A stretch of 64,000 nt of DNA from the human T2T-CHM13v2.0 reference genome, Homo sapiens. How positions within the stretch are numbered: the first letter of the stretch is position 1; every line of letters begins with the position of its first letter. Below are positions 13,131 through 28,317 of the stretch, in pieces. The DNA lies in the NCBI RefSeq assembly GCF_009914755.1, contig NC_060931.1; one strand, written 5' to 3'. Position numbers and translations under genes: made by a program. The notes beneath the pieces are model-generated. The model did not search any database. It was not told the DNA's origin and was given only the letters and a program-made list of their open reading frames with translations.

Positions 13131-15630
13131 GCATGACAAAAATGTAAATACCTGATATATTTTTCTGGTTACATAAGTAAGGCATGCATAGTACTGAAAA
13201 AAAGAGAAAAAAAGCAAACACGATGAAAGTATTTAATGTAGAAAATTAAAATTCCTTGTCCTTCCCATCCTGGATTTTCCTCTGATATCTGCTCTTGCCT
13301 GATGGCTATTTGGATGTGAGGCAGGAACCTCTGGCCCTCAGGCCTGGAGCTGCCTGTCCTGAGCCATAAACTGTCATCCCTACTTGGCAATAGAGGTGTG
13401 ACCCCCAGCATTAGTCTATGATCTGTAAACAATGCAAAAAATGGCATTAGAGCTACGGTAAGAAACTGCACCCAAAACCTGGCTCTTAGGTCTTGCTGAA
13501 GAGATTTCACAGCCATATAGGCTAATTATGATAAAAGTTTCACAGTGACACTCTGGGGGGCTTGCTGTCACCTGGCAGGGCCCTGAACAGGCAGGATGTC
13601 TGCCACCAATCTGAGCACATGGCCATGATAAGCCACAGGGACCCTAGAGCTATGGTCACCTCCCTCCACCAGCTGTGCCCACCTCCTCCATCCTGGGGCC
13701 TCCGGCTTCCTTTGCTAACAAGGAACTCTTGGTGCTTCATGTTACAAAATGTAACTTCTATAGGATTTAAGTGTCTGAATGCTCATCCCCAGAGTCAGTC
13801 CTCTGCAGAACTTTCATAATATTTTCTACACAGCTTATCTGTGCCTAGATCAACAACAATAATATCTGAAACATTATTATTTGCAGATATTATTCTGCAA
13901 AATGCAGAATTTATAATTTAGGAAAAGCAGGATAAATGAGATCTCTCAGAAAGCAGACATCTGATGCCCAAATCCGTAACAACTGGTGAGGTCTCCTTCT
14001 CCTGGAGGAACAGGTGTCCCCAGCTCGCAAAGCTGAGGACTGGATGGCTTTCACACAGCAGCACATGAAAGAGCTGAAATGATCCAGGGCAAAGTGGCCT
14101 TAGTCCCTTAGCCAATTTCAAAGACTACTGATTTAATTCTCTTTTTTGGTTTGATTGAACAAAGGCCTCCCTGCTCCTCCTTCCCTCTTTCCCAGGGATG
14201 ATTTGCACCTGAAATGCAAAGTCTCTCACAATCAAGCGAAGTACACTTAGGAGGCTGCAGTTATAATCCTAAGGAAATTAATGGGCTTCTTTTCTCCACT
14301 TCCCTTCTTGAATCAAGCCTGTCCTCCGGCATAGCTGCTCAGACACATGACAGCTCTGGATTGCAGCTTCCAGACCAGTGCTCTCCACAGAAGGGCATTA
14401 CTGGGGTCTATTTCAAGGAATTCAATCGATGACCAAGATGCAAAGGACAGATCGTTGGGATGACAGAGATGATATGGCAAGTGAGATCACTGTGCTGAGG
14501 AAGAAACTCAGGTTAGGACCTGACTGAAGCTTAGGTCCTTTTCCTGATTTTCTTTCTTTTCAATTGGTGTTGGTTCAAGATGCCACAAATGAGAAATATA
14601 GTGGGAAACAAGGATGAGATGTATATCCAGGGAGAAGGTGACAGGGAGGCAATGACCAACAAGTATATTAAGTGCAGGTGAAATTCAGAGATTATGTTAT
14701 GCACCAAGCACGCCCATGAAAGCCCCACAGTATGACTGAGGGCCAGACCCTTCGACTCTTACAGTCACAGCCCTTAGTGCTGGGTGAGAGTGGTCATGGG
14801 TGATGGGCCTGACCACAGTCACAGCTGTATATAGCAGCAAATTAAAAGTACTAAAGGCTGCAATAGTTATTATTGCTAATCAGGCCTTTATCTAAGGACA
14901 AAGATTTTGCTTCTCTATGAAAGCATGGATAGTGCTTCTGCTCTAAGTTGGCCAATGCTCTTCCCTCTGCTGGTTATTCACACACAAATGGAAATGTGAA
15001 AGTCACACTCTTGTGAGACATTATGATATAGAAAACTAAAGGACATCTCAGTTCAAAGGATCAAATGCTTACTGTAAACCAAGAAATGTTGCATATAACC
15101 TTAATGACTCAGTTCTTGGAAAGGGATCTTTCATTTTAATAAAAATTCTTCTTGACGTAGCTCGGGGCAGATGATCACAACACATCCATAATCCACAAAG
15201 AAACCACCGGACTAGGTGGAGCAGTATTCCTGATCTCATTTGCTCTGTACCAATCTCCTGGACAGGTGGAGGGAAGGCCCCTTCCCCGACAGATCTTGCA
15301 ATATTGACAAGGCATCCCAAACTAATGCTATGAAAGAAAACATTCGCCTTGATAACGTGTCCCAAGAAAAACTCTCTGCTGGTGGCTCCAACTTAGACAA
15401 AGGAACAAAGCTGCTCCAAGCGTACCCCCAGAGGGATGAGGTCATCCCCAGCACACAGATTCATGTCTACACAGGGATGTTTGTCTTTCTCCATTCTTGA
15501 AGCAACTATCATTGCAATCTTCCTCATTTCCCCACCTTGCCAATTGCCTTCTGCACACAGCCAAGGGACCATGCAGCAGGCCCCTTTAGCGCTGCGGGAA
15601 TCCCCTGCCTCTATCCGAGATCCACATTAC

Positions 15631-15767
15631 CTTGTTGAAGTCTTCAGAAGTTGCCCTCATTTCCTTCCATGTCTTGTTCAGGAGCTGGATACAGATGCAG
15701 AAAAACTCCTCAAAGGATCTGTCGTGGGTGAAGAACATCGGGTGGAAGTCGTTGCAGGTCTCACTAG
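15631..15767 (-). CDS. ELMO1: Internal coding exon (137 bp) of Engulfment and cell motility protein 1, C-terminal part of the ELM domain; probably exon 16 of the long isoform
   Basis: Translation [45 protein letters not shown] matches ELMO1 as I recall it (ELMO2 has NDYHPM...RAFEELFGIC...ATAEDF). Minus-strand acceptor tttccatctctttcctccag|CTAGTGAG and donor AACAAG|gtaatg. 2 nt + 45 codons, i.e. phase 1 in, phase 0 out. The exon number is from memory. Confidence 0.97.
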
Positions 15768-16497
15768 CTGGAGGAAAGAGATGGAAAATAAGAGAAAAAG
15801 TTTTAAAACAGTGAAACACGAGAACATAACCACAGGTATGTGCCCCAAAGGGAGACAAGCGGAGGTATCTTTGGTTCAGGCAATAATGGTGAAAAAGTAT
15901 TTTTGAAAAAAGCAACCAAAGGATGGCCCCCATACAACTCGGAAGTTTAAGGCCAGATAGTCAGACCTAGCCTTAGACACATATTTTTGGACTCATAAAA
16001 GTCAGTCCCTAACCCATGCCAGGACAAGACCCTCTTGGCTTTGTTCCAAAACTGCTGTGTTGATTATGAGCCCTATATCTGCCTTCTTGACCTTATACAG
16101 ATTATTCAAACTGCCCTCTCAGGCACAGCTCCTCCGTCACCCTCAATTTCCTCTTTCTTATCAGAATAACTGGCAGAAGATGGGTTTTCCTGAATACACG
16201 ATTAATTGCAACTTTGGAAACAGCATCCATGATTATTTCTCCAGGAGGCTCTTTTCTCTCTCATGGCAGTAAGCAGGGAACATTTGAGATCATTAACCAT
16301 CTGATGCCATTAACCATTTGTTTTACATTTCCAGGCACAGATGGCTGGAAGTCAAAGCAACCTGAATAGCTTTGAAGGCGGCAACTGGTCCAGTCCTGGG
16401 CAAAATCATAAAATCAGCCAAAACTGCCTTCAAGCCCCCATTGTAGAGCTTCCTTGGGTCACACCTAGTGCTCGGAACTTTAGGTCTGGTCCCTACT

Positions 16498-16521
16498 CTC
16501 CTCCTCCTCCTCCTCCTCCTC
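16498..16521. repeat. (CTC)8 trinucleotide repeat
   Basis: Direct reading; explains the poly-Pro in ORF 16341-16727. Confidence 0.9.
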
Positions 16522-16758
16522 AGCCCCTCCCATCATCCCATCTGTCAAGCTTACATTTTTATAGCCCTTTTGTAAGTTATACCTCATTTGATCTTTACAG
16601 TTCCTCTTACCACTCGTATCTTATGGATGAGGATACTGTGGAGCCCAAGGAACTAAGGTTTGTGACCCCCAGAACCAATACCCTAAGGTTTTTAAAAAAT
16701 AAATATATATGCTGTTACATACAGTGAAAGTCTTTCTATTTTATTTGGAATCTCTTTT

Positions 16759-17069
16759 TTTAAAAAAAATATCACTTTAATTTCTGGGATACAAGTGCAG
16801 AACGTGCAGGTTTGTTACATAGGTATATATGTAACATGGTGGTTTGCATGAGAGCTGGATGACTTTCAGGCTTTTAAACAGCAGCACATCAACCCATCAC
16901 CTACGTTTTAAGCCCCACATGCATTAGCTATTTGTCCTAATGCTCTCTATCCCCCAGTCCCCCCACTCCCCAACTGGCCCCGGTGTGTGTTGTTCCCCTC
17001 CCTGTGTCCCTGTGTTCTCATTGTTTAACTCCCACTTCTGAGTGAGAACACAAGGTGTTTCATTTGCTG
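16759..17069 (-). mobile_element. 5'-truncated L1PA 3' UTR end
   Basis: gtgcagaacgtgcaggtttgttacatagg...ctcccacttctgagtgagaaca; TSD ttggaatctctttt at 16745-16758 and 17070-17083. Confidence 0.9.
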
Positions 17070-17648
17070 TTGGAATCTCTTTTAAGGTCAATTCATCCTC
17101 AAGGCTCAGAATGGAAGGGTTTCAGGCCCTGGAAGTCCAGGACAGGATGGAGGGAGGGGTGGGAGCAGGCTTATAGCAGAGAGCTTCTGTTCTCGGGGAG
17201 AGCCCTGGTGCCTGCCATGTGGATGAGCAGCGAATCTACTTAGAATCCTATAGAGCAGGCCCCCAGTGAACAAACCCTGATCAAGCCTCATGGAAACACA
17301 CTCAAGGATACACGGCTACCAAGCTATTACACACCAACCTCTTCTCTCCTCAACCTTCATGAATACAGTGAATTTCAGACTTCTTAACAGTTTAAAACAA
17401 CAGCAAAGTGGTGTTTATTTGCACAGCTCACCATTTCTAAAGGGCACAACCCGATTTGAAGATATGGTAATGCTGTTTTCCTCCAGATAAAGTAAGGGCA
17501 TGGGCCTGGAGCAATGCACAGTCCTGTAGGAAGAGTCCGGGGGTGGGGTGGGGGGACAGAAGATTTGGGTTCAAGTGCAGCCCAGGCCAATCCAGAGCAA
17601 GTCATTTTACCTTTCTGAGCTTCAATTTTCTTAACTAAAAAAATGGAG

Positions 17649-17994
<346 letters not shown>

Positions 17995-19714
17995 TCAAAG
18001 CAGATCAAATAAGCCAACTGAGGGCAAAGTGCTTTGGACAGGATACAAGTTAACACCGATATGGAGGGAAGTGGTGGTGATGACAATAAATATTGCACCT
18101 GCCTACTGTTTCCAGGAATGTGAGTTTTTCTGTGATTTTTCCACACTAATTCCTAGTCCAGCCTGTTCACATTTCAACAGTTAGAAGCAAAAACATATAA
18201 GTGATCCCACCCCAGCCTGTGTTACTAGCAGAGAGATGGCAAATGTGAAGTTTTGACTTGCGATACAAAGCTATTTAAGAAACTCAGAAGATCAACACTG
18301 GCAGACTGTGTGGTTTGCTGCCCTGGGCAATGAGCGGTTGGTCTCCCTTTTATAAGCACCAAAGCCAATGAAATTTACAAATCTTCAGCTGTACCTTAAA
18401 ACACTATTGCCATCTAAGAATTTGTTATTAATCACATTATCACAGTATCATTTTTGGATCTAGTGTGATTATTTGTGTACTTTATGCCCTAAAGTTTTTA
18501 TGTGATGAGTGGAGCTAAGAAAGCCAGAAAAAGCTGAGACTTGCAAGTCCTACTCTTGCTTGGGTAAAGAGGGAAGTGACATCATTAATAATTAACTAGA
18601 TAATTCGTTGGGTACATATGGCATGCCAACAGCTCTACAAGCACTATTCTTGTAACAACCCTGGAAGGTAGGCCTTATGGACATCCTCATTTTATATATG
18701 AGAAAGGTAAAACTTGGATAAATAACACCTTCCATCATGAGCTTTTTTTAGTTGGCCCCAAATGAGCGTCTGAAACCCACAGTCAGCTGACCCAGCAGCA
18801 GGCTTCCTCCTTTAGTTGACATCAAGAGCTCATTGCATTTCTCTGTGGTTGCTGCTTTGAAAATTAATTCCTCCACCCATTCTCTTAGGTCTCCCGTACT
18901 CCTCCTTCAACATAAACCCAGATCATGACCTGCAGTCCAATGTGGATCACAGCAAGTGCGTAGCCAGTGCCTGCTGACTGAGAACACTCGGCCATGAGAT
19001 AGCAGTACCAAGGCCTGCACCGCCAGCAGCCACGCACCGGGCACTGAATGATGGACTTCATAGTCACTTATTATGTCAGGCACAAAAGGAAGATATTACT
19101 AACTTCTTTTTAAGATTATAAATAGGAGATTGAGAAAGGCTCGGTGACTTCTCCAAGGTCACATGGTTTGCAAGTGGTGGTGCTAGAATTCAAGGTCGAG
19201 TTGGCTCCAAAGCGCATCATTATTCTGCTTCACTTGCTTTCCTCATTCTGTTTCTCAATTAACCCTGCCTCCAATGCACCTCCACCAACACAAATCTGAA
19301 ACAATTGTTTTTCTATCCACAGAAAATATTTATGAAGTAAAACCTTACAAGAGGCACAGCTTCACCTATTAATGCTGATGTATATTTACTGTGTAAGATT
19401 CCTCTGCTTTCCTCCTACTACTTGTGGCTTACATGGAGTTAGACTGGAATACCAGGGTTACGCTCCCCTTCTGGACCTTACTCCTCCTTTCCTGGGTCTG
19501 GGCAAAGCTGCACTCTCAACCTTGCTGAGCAGCCAAGAAATCATCTACCTGGTTCCTAGCTTCTGCTGAACCAACCCTTTTTTCTTCCTCAAGATATTTT
19601 ATCTTTCTCAGCTTCTCTAACGTATCAAGGTTTCCCCAGGTACTCAGGCACTAGGGAAAGGTCACATTGAATGAGTGTATTTGATTTATTTCAAAAAGCT
19701 CACCAGCTGGGTTT

Positions 19715-20170
19715 CATGTTAATAGAACCTGAGTTTTGTTCATGACAACAATGTGCCCAGCTAAAAAAGTACAATTTGCGCCTCCCTTGTGATTAAGAGT
19801 CGTCATATGACCCAATCCCAAATAATAGATAAGTGAAAACTGCTGGGCACTGTTCCCAGGAAAGACCTTTAAAAGGGGAAAGACTTGGTTGACTTGTGGC
19901 CTTTTGTCTCTGCCTCCCCACTTCAACTTCTTCATGTCTGGAACACAGGACTGATGACTGGAGCTCCTGCAGCCATTTTGTCAGCATAAAAATGAGGGCT
20001 ATACCCTAGACAGTTAGTAGGAGCTCCTGATGACACTGTGGAGACACCACAGCAAATGGAATTGGAATTCTTTTGAATGTAATTCTTTGTACACAATTTG
20101 TTGGTATGTAATTTGTTTAAGCCATGTGAAATTACTAATATATTAAAAAAAACCCAAGCAAGCACATTGA
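19715..20170 (+). mobile_element. Old MLT1 (I/J-like) LTR
   Basis: aatgtgcccagctaaaa...ctggagctcctgcagccattttg...ttgtttaagccatg. Confidence 0.6.
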
Positions 20171-20254
20171 CAATAGCATAAGAAAACATGTGCTCAAGAT
20201 CACTGGAGGTCAGAGAAAACACAGGAATGAGGAGGCAGGATAGAGAGTGAGACA

Positions 20255-20770
<516 letters not shown>

Positions 20771-20819
20771 TAATCAAGCACATGGCATAGGCTTAGTAAA
20801 TGGTAGCTATTAGTTACTA

Positions 20820-21160
<341 letters not shown>

Positions 21161-21449
21161 TAGTTACTATTTTTAATCATCATTCTCAGCACATTATATA
21201 GCCTCTTAAAGACTCCAACAATTCTAGGAGATGAGGAAGGAAAGAGGAATCTGGTGAATGGCCTTTAGGGTCCCATAGATAAGCGGGGGGCGGGGGTGCT
21301 TAGAGTCAACCAATCATTCTTGATGATATGTCAAAAACCTACTGAACTATTCAGACTTCAAAGCTGAAATTTCACATGAGGAGGTAACTGTGTAGGGTAA
21401 TATTCTAAGAGCTTTTCCTGTCTGAACTCTCTGAATGTGTAACAACGAC

Positions 21450-21580
21450 AAAGGTCCTATTATTATCATCCCTGTTTCACAGATGAGAAAATTGAGGAAC
21501 TGTGAAGATGAGTAACTAGCAGCAACAGTGCCAGAAATCAAACCCAGCATTGTATCTCCAGCACTGGTGTTTCTGACCTC
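21450..21580 (-). mobile_element. MIR
   Basis: tattattatcatccctgtttcacagatgagaaaattgagg. Confidence 0.7.
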
Positions 21581-24199
21581 CACATGAAGGGGTTGGCCTG
21601 CCATCATTCTAAGATTCTTGAAGACTCCTCCTTTGCAGGGAGATACAGGCAAATAACAAAGTAAGAATAACTTGGTTCTTGACAGGTAACAAAAGAAACA
21701 GTGAAAAGGCTTTTGTGTATTTGGATACAAACTTCATCATTTCGCTGTGAGGATCAAATGGGAACAGTGACTAAGACAGCAAGCTCAATCCAAGTGTGGG
21801 CCAACACGGTGGCCATGTTCACCATTTATCAAGTGGAGCCTCTCCCAGGCTACACGTTTATACACGAGAGCTTGTCACCTTGCAGAGATAGCCTAAGTCT
21901 AAGAATAGAGTTCTTAGGTTTAAATAAACAAAGAAAACCAGGAAGGGTGAGGTTTATTATTGTTTTTAAAGGAAAACAATACTTACTGAGAAAAAAGAAT
22001 TAGCAGACAATATTTTATAAATGAAATTTAGAGAGACACTTTCAATGGGACAAAAATAGTAAGACGTTTAAAAACGAAATTGTTTTAATCACACTATTTT
22101 TAACACAATGAGATTTTACTTTATTTTAAAAACCCAACACAATGGTTTTTTAAGTCTGGAATATTAAGATATTTTCAGGACTGAGGGTACAATTTGCTGA
22201 TATCTCATTCACTTATAAGCAAGCCAGCTTTGAAAGCAGCTATAACCTGAACATACATATTTTTAAAAATAAAAATAAAATGCTGTACACTTATGTACCA
22301 CTTTGCCTGTCAAAGTAGATATGTTCCTATTTTTCACTGGGTAATGTGTAGTGGGGCAGGTATTGTCACTGGCTCTCAGAAAACAAGGGTTACTGCACTG
22401 TAGCAAACAAGCAATGAAAAATGAGCGTAGGGAATGGGTCTAGAGCTGACCATAACCTTACAAAGGTCATTGCAGCTCCCTGGGCTCCAGATTTCCTACC
22501 TGCAAATGAGTTGGGCTAATGGATTTGTAAGACCCCTGCCAAGTCCAAAATTCCAGCAGTCTCCATATACATAGATGCCAGATAATACATCTTCAACTCC
22601 CCAAAGCCCATCCAAAATTGTAGAACTTAGAGAGTCTGCCTGCACTGAACTTTAGTTCCCAAACTACTATTTCCTTTATTGACAGGATGACTACACATTT
22701 AATTTAGAGTGTGAAGACATTAGAGTGGTATTTGATAGGTTTAGCAAATGTTTGATGAGCAAGGATTTATTCTTTCTTTCGTAAGAAAATCGCCAATTGT
22801 TTTTACACTTTCTCAACTTGTTAATCCTACCTAATGCAGACCATTTCATAAGGAAATTACTTGACTAATGATAGAATGATAAGACGACGGGAAAATGCAT
22901 ACCATTTTCGCTCTCACAGGAATTTTCTAAAGACAAATACACATTTTGAGATGCTGAAAAGCTCTGTTCCATCCTTTCTATGACCTTGGTGATGCTAAGA
23001 GAGACTCTGAACCCATTTACAAATAACAGAGATTTGGGAGCACTGGGCAAATATGAATATTTTTTACCATGACTTCATGAGCTATTGCAACTGCCTTTGG
23101 AAATGGTGCACTTTGAAAAACACACGCACTGGCCTAACACAATGGATGTTTTGTTGTAAAATTATGAATTACAGGAAAAATGGAATATATCATACACACA
23201 CAAAGGCATTTAACACAGAAAACCTGTTAGAGCAGTCATTAAAATCTGCCTGGTGATCCACAGCACAGAAACTTACATTAGAACTATTTGTGGTTCTAGG
23301 GTCAGTCTGGATAATATATTTATGAATTCTCTGATGCAGATGTATATTTATTCCTTTGTATAAAAATAATCTTACCGTACTTAGAAAACTTTGAGTTTTC
23401 TATTTTTAAACCTGGTATTCCTTAACAGTTTGATTTTGGAAGGTGGTACTGCGTGGGGAGATGCTAAAAGTTCAGAACCTTTTGTAGGTGGGAGAGGTGA
23501 AAAGAGGAGAGTGGGGTCAAGAACTTGAAGTTCCTTCACTGCCTATGAGTTCAGCCTAGATAGAAGCTACCACCCCTGCTATTTCAGGACAGGGGATCAG
23601 AGGCTTTAAACCTTCGCAGCTCTTCTCAGCTCCTGAAGTCTGGTTTAATAGAACTCTGGATAGTCTTTTGTATCCTAAAAATAGTATAAAATTTATACTG
23701 AAAAATAGCATGAAATTTATTCAATGCTTCATTGTTCACCTTCCCTTGGGCCTTTTTTGAGGACATGGAGAGAGGAAAAAAAATACCGACTAGTGTTAAG
23801 GCTGAAAATCAGCCTCATAGCACCAAAAGACAGCCAATTCAGCAAAAGTAATCAGAGGCCACATCCCAGGCACACAGTTAATAAAAGAGCAGAGCTTCTG
23901 CAGTCAGGTTGGCCTGCATGCAAATGTTGACGTCACTATTTAATAGCAATGTGACCTTGATCACCTTAAAATTCCTCCAGGCCTCTATATCCCCATTAAA
24001 AAAAAAGAAAAGAAAAGAAAAAAAGAAAAACCAATGGTTTCTATCTTATCAGATTGCTGTTAAGATTAAATGTAGAGTGATTCATATGTTAACCGAGATA
24101 AAGAACTCAATACATGTCAGTCGTTACTAGTTTTAATAACAAAGTAATTATTATTGTACCTAGCTAAAATGCCAAATTTGGAAAACTTTTGGGACCAAA

Positions 24200-25620
24200 T
24201 ATAAAGACTTGTAAAATGACAGCAATGAAGACAGTGTGGTATTGGTGTATGGATGGAAAAACAGAACAATAGAACAGAATAGGGAGTCCAGAGACCCATA
24301 TATACAGTCACTGGATTTATGACAAAAATGACACTGCAGTGGAAAGGAATTTCAATTGGTTGAATTGGGCCAGTTGTATATGCATCTGGAAGAAATGAAT
24401 TATGACTCCCTACCTCATACCATCTGCAAAGATCAGTTCTGCGTGGATTATAGATCTCAGTGCAAAAGGAAAAACAATAAAGTTGTTTTCATGTAAGAAT
24501 ATATTCATGACTTTAAGGTGGGCGAAAGTTTCTTAAACAAAACAGAAATATCATTAATCATAAGAAAACTGTTTGATTCTATTATATTAAACTCAAGAAC
24601 TTGTTTGTCAAAATATACAATAAAAATGGCAACTTTGGAATAGAGAAAAAACTTCAACATTATCTAATAAAGAACTGGTATCTATGATATATAACCACTC
24701 CTATAAGTCACTAAGAAAAAGACAGACAACCCAGTAGAAGAATGGGCAAAACGTAAATAGGCACTTCACAAAATAGGACATATAAGTGGCCAATGAACAC
24801 ATGAAAAGGAGCTAAGCTTTTTAAGTCACAGAAAAAAATATGCAGCTTTAAACAACAATGAGCTACTTTTAAACATCCACCAGAAGGGCTAAAATAAAAG
24901 ATGGAAAACATGAAGTGTTGATAAGAATGTGGAACAAATGGAATCATCATCCACTGTTGATGGGAGTGTAAAATTGTTCAACCACTTTGTAAAACAGTTT
25001 AGCAGTATTTACTAAAGCTAAAATATTCTTACTTTATAATACAGCAATTCTAGCCAAAGATATAAACCCAACAGAAATGCATACATACGCATTCCAAGAG
25101 AAATGTATATGAATGTTCACAGCAGCACTATTTGTTACAGCCAAAAACTTGAAACAATCTAAATGTCCATCCAGCAGATTGGATAAATAAATTATGGTTT
25201 ATTCATACAGCAGCATACTTACTACAAAGAAATTATTTTTAAAAATGCTACATACAATATGAGTGTATTCAAATAACTTTCACAATAGCATGAATGAACT
25301 GAAACAAATATAATGTGGAGCAAAAACAGCCCCACATAAAAGAGACCATAGGATATGATCCTATTTATTTAAAGCTCAAAACAGGCAAAATTCACAGATG
25401 ATAATGCAAACAGGGTATTGGTTCTTTTGGAAGAGAGAAGAAACTGAGAGTGGGAAGATGGCCCAAGAGGGGGCCTCTGAGGGTTGTTTAATATCTTTTC
25501 TTAATCTAGATAGCAGTTACATGGGCAGTTGGCGGTTTGGAAATTCATTGAGTTGTGTGTGTTCTTTGGATTTGAACACCTCTATGTAAGTTACACTTTT
25601 TATGAAAAGTTAACTTAAAA
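24200..25620 (+). mobile_element. Old L1M fragment (ORF2 3' end plus 3' UTR)
   Basis: aagacagtgtggtattgg (KTVWYW), aatagaacagaatagggagtccagag, gggagtgtaaaattgttcaaccacttt, aaatgtccatc. Confidence 0.85.
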
Positions 25621-25944
25621 AGGTAGAATATGAGCTTTCCAGGAGCAGATATCCTGTCTATCCAGTAGACAAGATAAAACTATAACATTTCATACATATG
25701 ATTTCAGTGGGCTTTTCAGAATGAGTGTGTATATCCTGCCCATCACCTCTAGAAATAGGGATTGACATTTTATGTAACTAAGTTTACTGGCTGGGTAAAA
25801 AAACTACATAACTGGTTTATGCAGGCATCCTGGACCAATCACCTAACTGCTATCAGCTTCTGAAGTTGGGCAGGGGGTACCTCTCCATACCTAAACTTTA
25901 GTTTAATTTCATCTGTTGGATGGATAAACGAGTATATGCATGCA

Positions 25945-26209
25945 TTTTGTTTTTTTTGAGATGGAGTCTTGCTCTGTCACCCAGGCTGGAGTACAGTGGC
26001 ACTATCTCGGCTCACTGCAACCCCCGCATCCTGGATTCAAGTGCTGGGATTACATGTGCGTGCCACCAAGCCTGGCTAATTTTTGTATTTTTTTTAGTAG
26101 AGACAGGGTTTCACCATGTTGGCCAGGCTGGTCTTGAACTCCTGACCTCAAGTGATCTGCCCACCTCAGCCTCTCAAAGTTCTGGGATTACAGGCATGAG
26201 CCACCGGCC
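25945..26209 (-). mobile_element. AluS with ~30-bp internal deletion in the right monomer
   Basis: ggattcaagtgctgggattaca junction lacks gattctcctgcctcagcctccc; TSD tatgcatgcatttt / tatgaatgcatttt. Confidence 0.9.
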
Positions 26210-27702
26210 TATGAATGCATTTTCTTTCGTGAATGGAGATCCCAGTCTTATTGAAGGGTACTGCAGATGTCAATGCAAAAACTGTAATAGACTTGACTAG
26301 TTGTGTATGAACTCTAAGAAGTGTTGCACGTTTCTTTCAAATCATCTCCCTCTCTTTTTCCTTCCCTCCCTTCCTTCATCCATTTATGGGTGCTTCCTTT
26401 CTCCCTCCTTCCCTCCTTTTCTCCTTCCTTCTGTCCATCCATTCATGTGCACATTATTCCATCTGTCGGTCGGTCCATCCATCCATCTAACTAGCAAGAC
26501 GGTCACGAGCATGGCCCTGGAGCCAGTCTGTCTGAGTTTGGATCCTGGCACTGCCACTTATTATCTGTGTGACCTTGAGCTCATGAGCAAGGACAGATTG
26601 GTAAAAGGCAAGGCTGAAGAAACTGGCAGGCATCAGTTCGCACAACGCTTTGTAGACTGCATTAGGGAGGTGAACTTCAATGGGAAGCCATTAAAGGGGT
26701 TAAAATAGGAGTGTGATAAAGTGACAACTTTCCATCTCTTTTCTTACTTTTATTTTGGTCTCTGTTTAATGAAATTAAAATTCAGGTGATCTGAGGATTC
26801 TTGTTATTCTGGAATCCAGTGAACTGATATTTCAGCGTATTATGGATGAGTGATGAACCAGGTAAATACCTTAGCACAAAGTGGATAGGAGTGTCATTCT
26901 AGAGTTAGGACTGCAGCTAGAATTCTCCCTCTGCCACTTAACTGTGTGATCCCAACCAAGTCTGTTCATGTCCCTGAGACTCTTCTACTATGATGGGAAT
27001 AACAAAAACTCATATCTTGTAGAATTGACTGAAGATATAGTGGAAAGATTCCCATAAAATGCTTAGTCCAGCACCTGACATTTGGTAAGCACTTCATAAA
27101 TATTAGTCATAAAATGTTACACAGAATACAAATATGATTTTTTTTTCAAAAAAGTCCTTGATTTAAGGTTTAACTTGTGGTGAAATCTTATTTACTTAGC
27201 TTCGCGTTAGAAAGGTACCCTGATCTCCTAGAAAGTTATAGAGCAGCATTCCCAAGGTCATCTTGTGAGATGTTGAACTGAAAGGCAAAATATGCAGAAA
27301 TTCCAGCAAATTAAGATTTCTGGTAAGTGCATGCTAAGTAACCCCTGGGAATTTGCTTATAATTGAAAAATGGTCTTGCCAATAGGCTCTGTGTTTGCTC
27401 TTTTCCTTTGTCCTCCAGTTGAAAACAATCAAGATGTGCACAGAAACAGAAGCTGGATCATTTACCCTTCATCCGTTGGCAAAATAATCATTTACTGGAG
27501 CTGCTTTTAGGTCTAGGAAATGCTGTTCTTGGCCCAAAGAGAAAAAATAACAATAAAAAACAACAACAATGAAAAAATTTTTTGGAGAGGAGTATCAAGT
27601 TTGTGATGTGAATTAGCAATGCAAAACTGAGTATGAAACACTTATCTTGCTAAATAGATTTTACTTATCTTCTGGGAGTGGTATTGATGAGGCATAGGGA
27701 GA

Positions 27703-28227
27703 TGTAGCTAATTCTATGCATCAACCTGACTGGGCCAATGGGTGCCCAGATTAAACATTATTTCTGAGTGTGTTTGTGAGGGTATTCCCAGTTGAGATTA
27801 ACATCTGAATAAGTGGACTCAATGAAGTAGATAGCTCTTCCCAAGGTGTGTGGGTAACGCCCAACCCTTGAGGGTCTGAATAGAACAAAAAGGTGGAGGA
27901 AAGAGGAACTTAGCCCTTTTTCTTGCCTCACTGCTTGAGCTGGGACATCTCGTCTCATTTTCCCCTGCCTGTGGACTGGGAGTTACATGATCAGTTCCCC
28001 TGGTTCTCAAGTCCTTGGACTTGGACTGAATTACACCACCAGCTCTTCTGGGTCTCCAGCTTTCAGATGGCAGTTTGTAGAACTTCTCAGCCTTCATAAC
28101 TACATGAGATTATTCCTAATGATAAATCTCATATATATATACTTACATACATATATATCATATATATTCTATATATACATGAGATTTATAAGGATTCTCT
28201 GTCTCTCCAAATATATATATTATATAT

Positions 28228-28276
<49 letters not shown>

Positions 28277-28317
28277 TTTTTTCTATTGATTCTGTTTCTC
28301 TGGATAACCCTAATACA
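27703..28317 (+). mobile_element. MLT2 (ERVL) solo LTR
   Basis: tcaacctgactgggcca...gtgcccagattaaacattatttctg...ggactgaattacaccacc...tgattctgtttctctggataaccctaataca. Confidence 0.88.
28228..28275. repeat. (TCTA)12 tetranucleotide microsatellite
   Basis: Perfect run counted directly, inside the MLT2 LTR. Confidence 0.95.

Noticed and set aside
15436-15906. 156-aa antisense ORF as a protein
   Set aside because: Probable shadow of the coding exon; no recognisable domain
15586-15933. 115-aa ORF as a standalone gene
   Set aside because: Only 15631-15767 is ELMO1-like and it is bounded by splice sites; the flanks are intron read-through
16341-16727. Proline-rich 128-aa ORF
   Set aside because: The poly-Pro comes from a (CTC)8 repeat and the remainder overlaps MIR-like sequence
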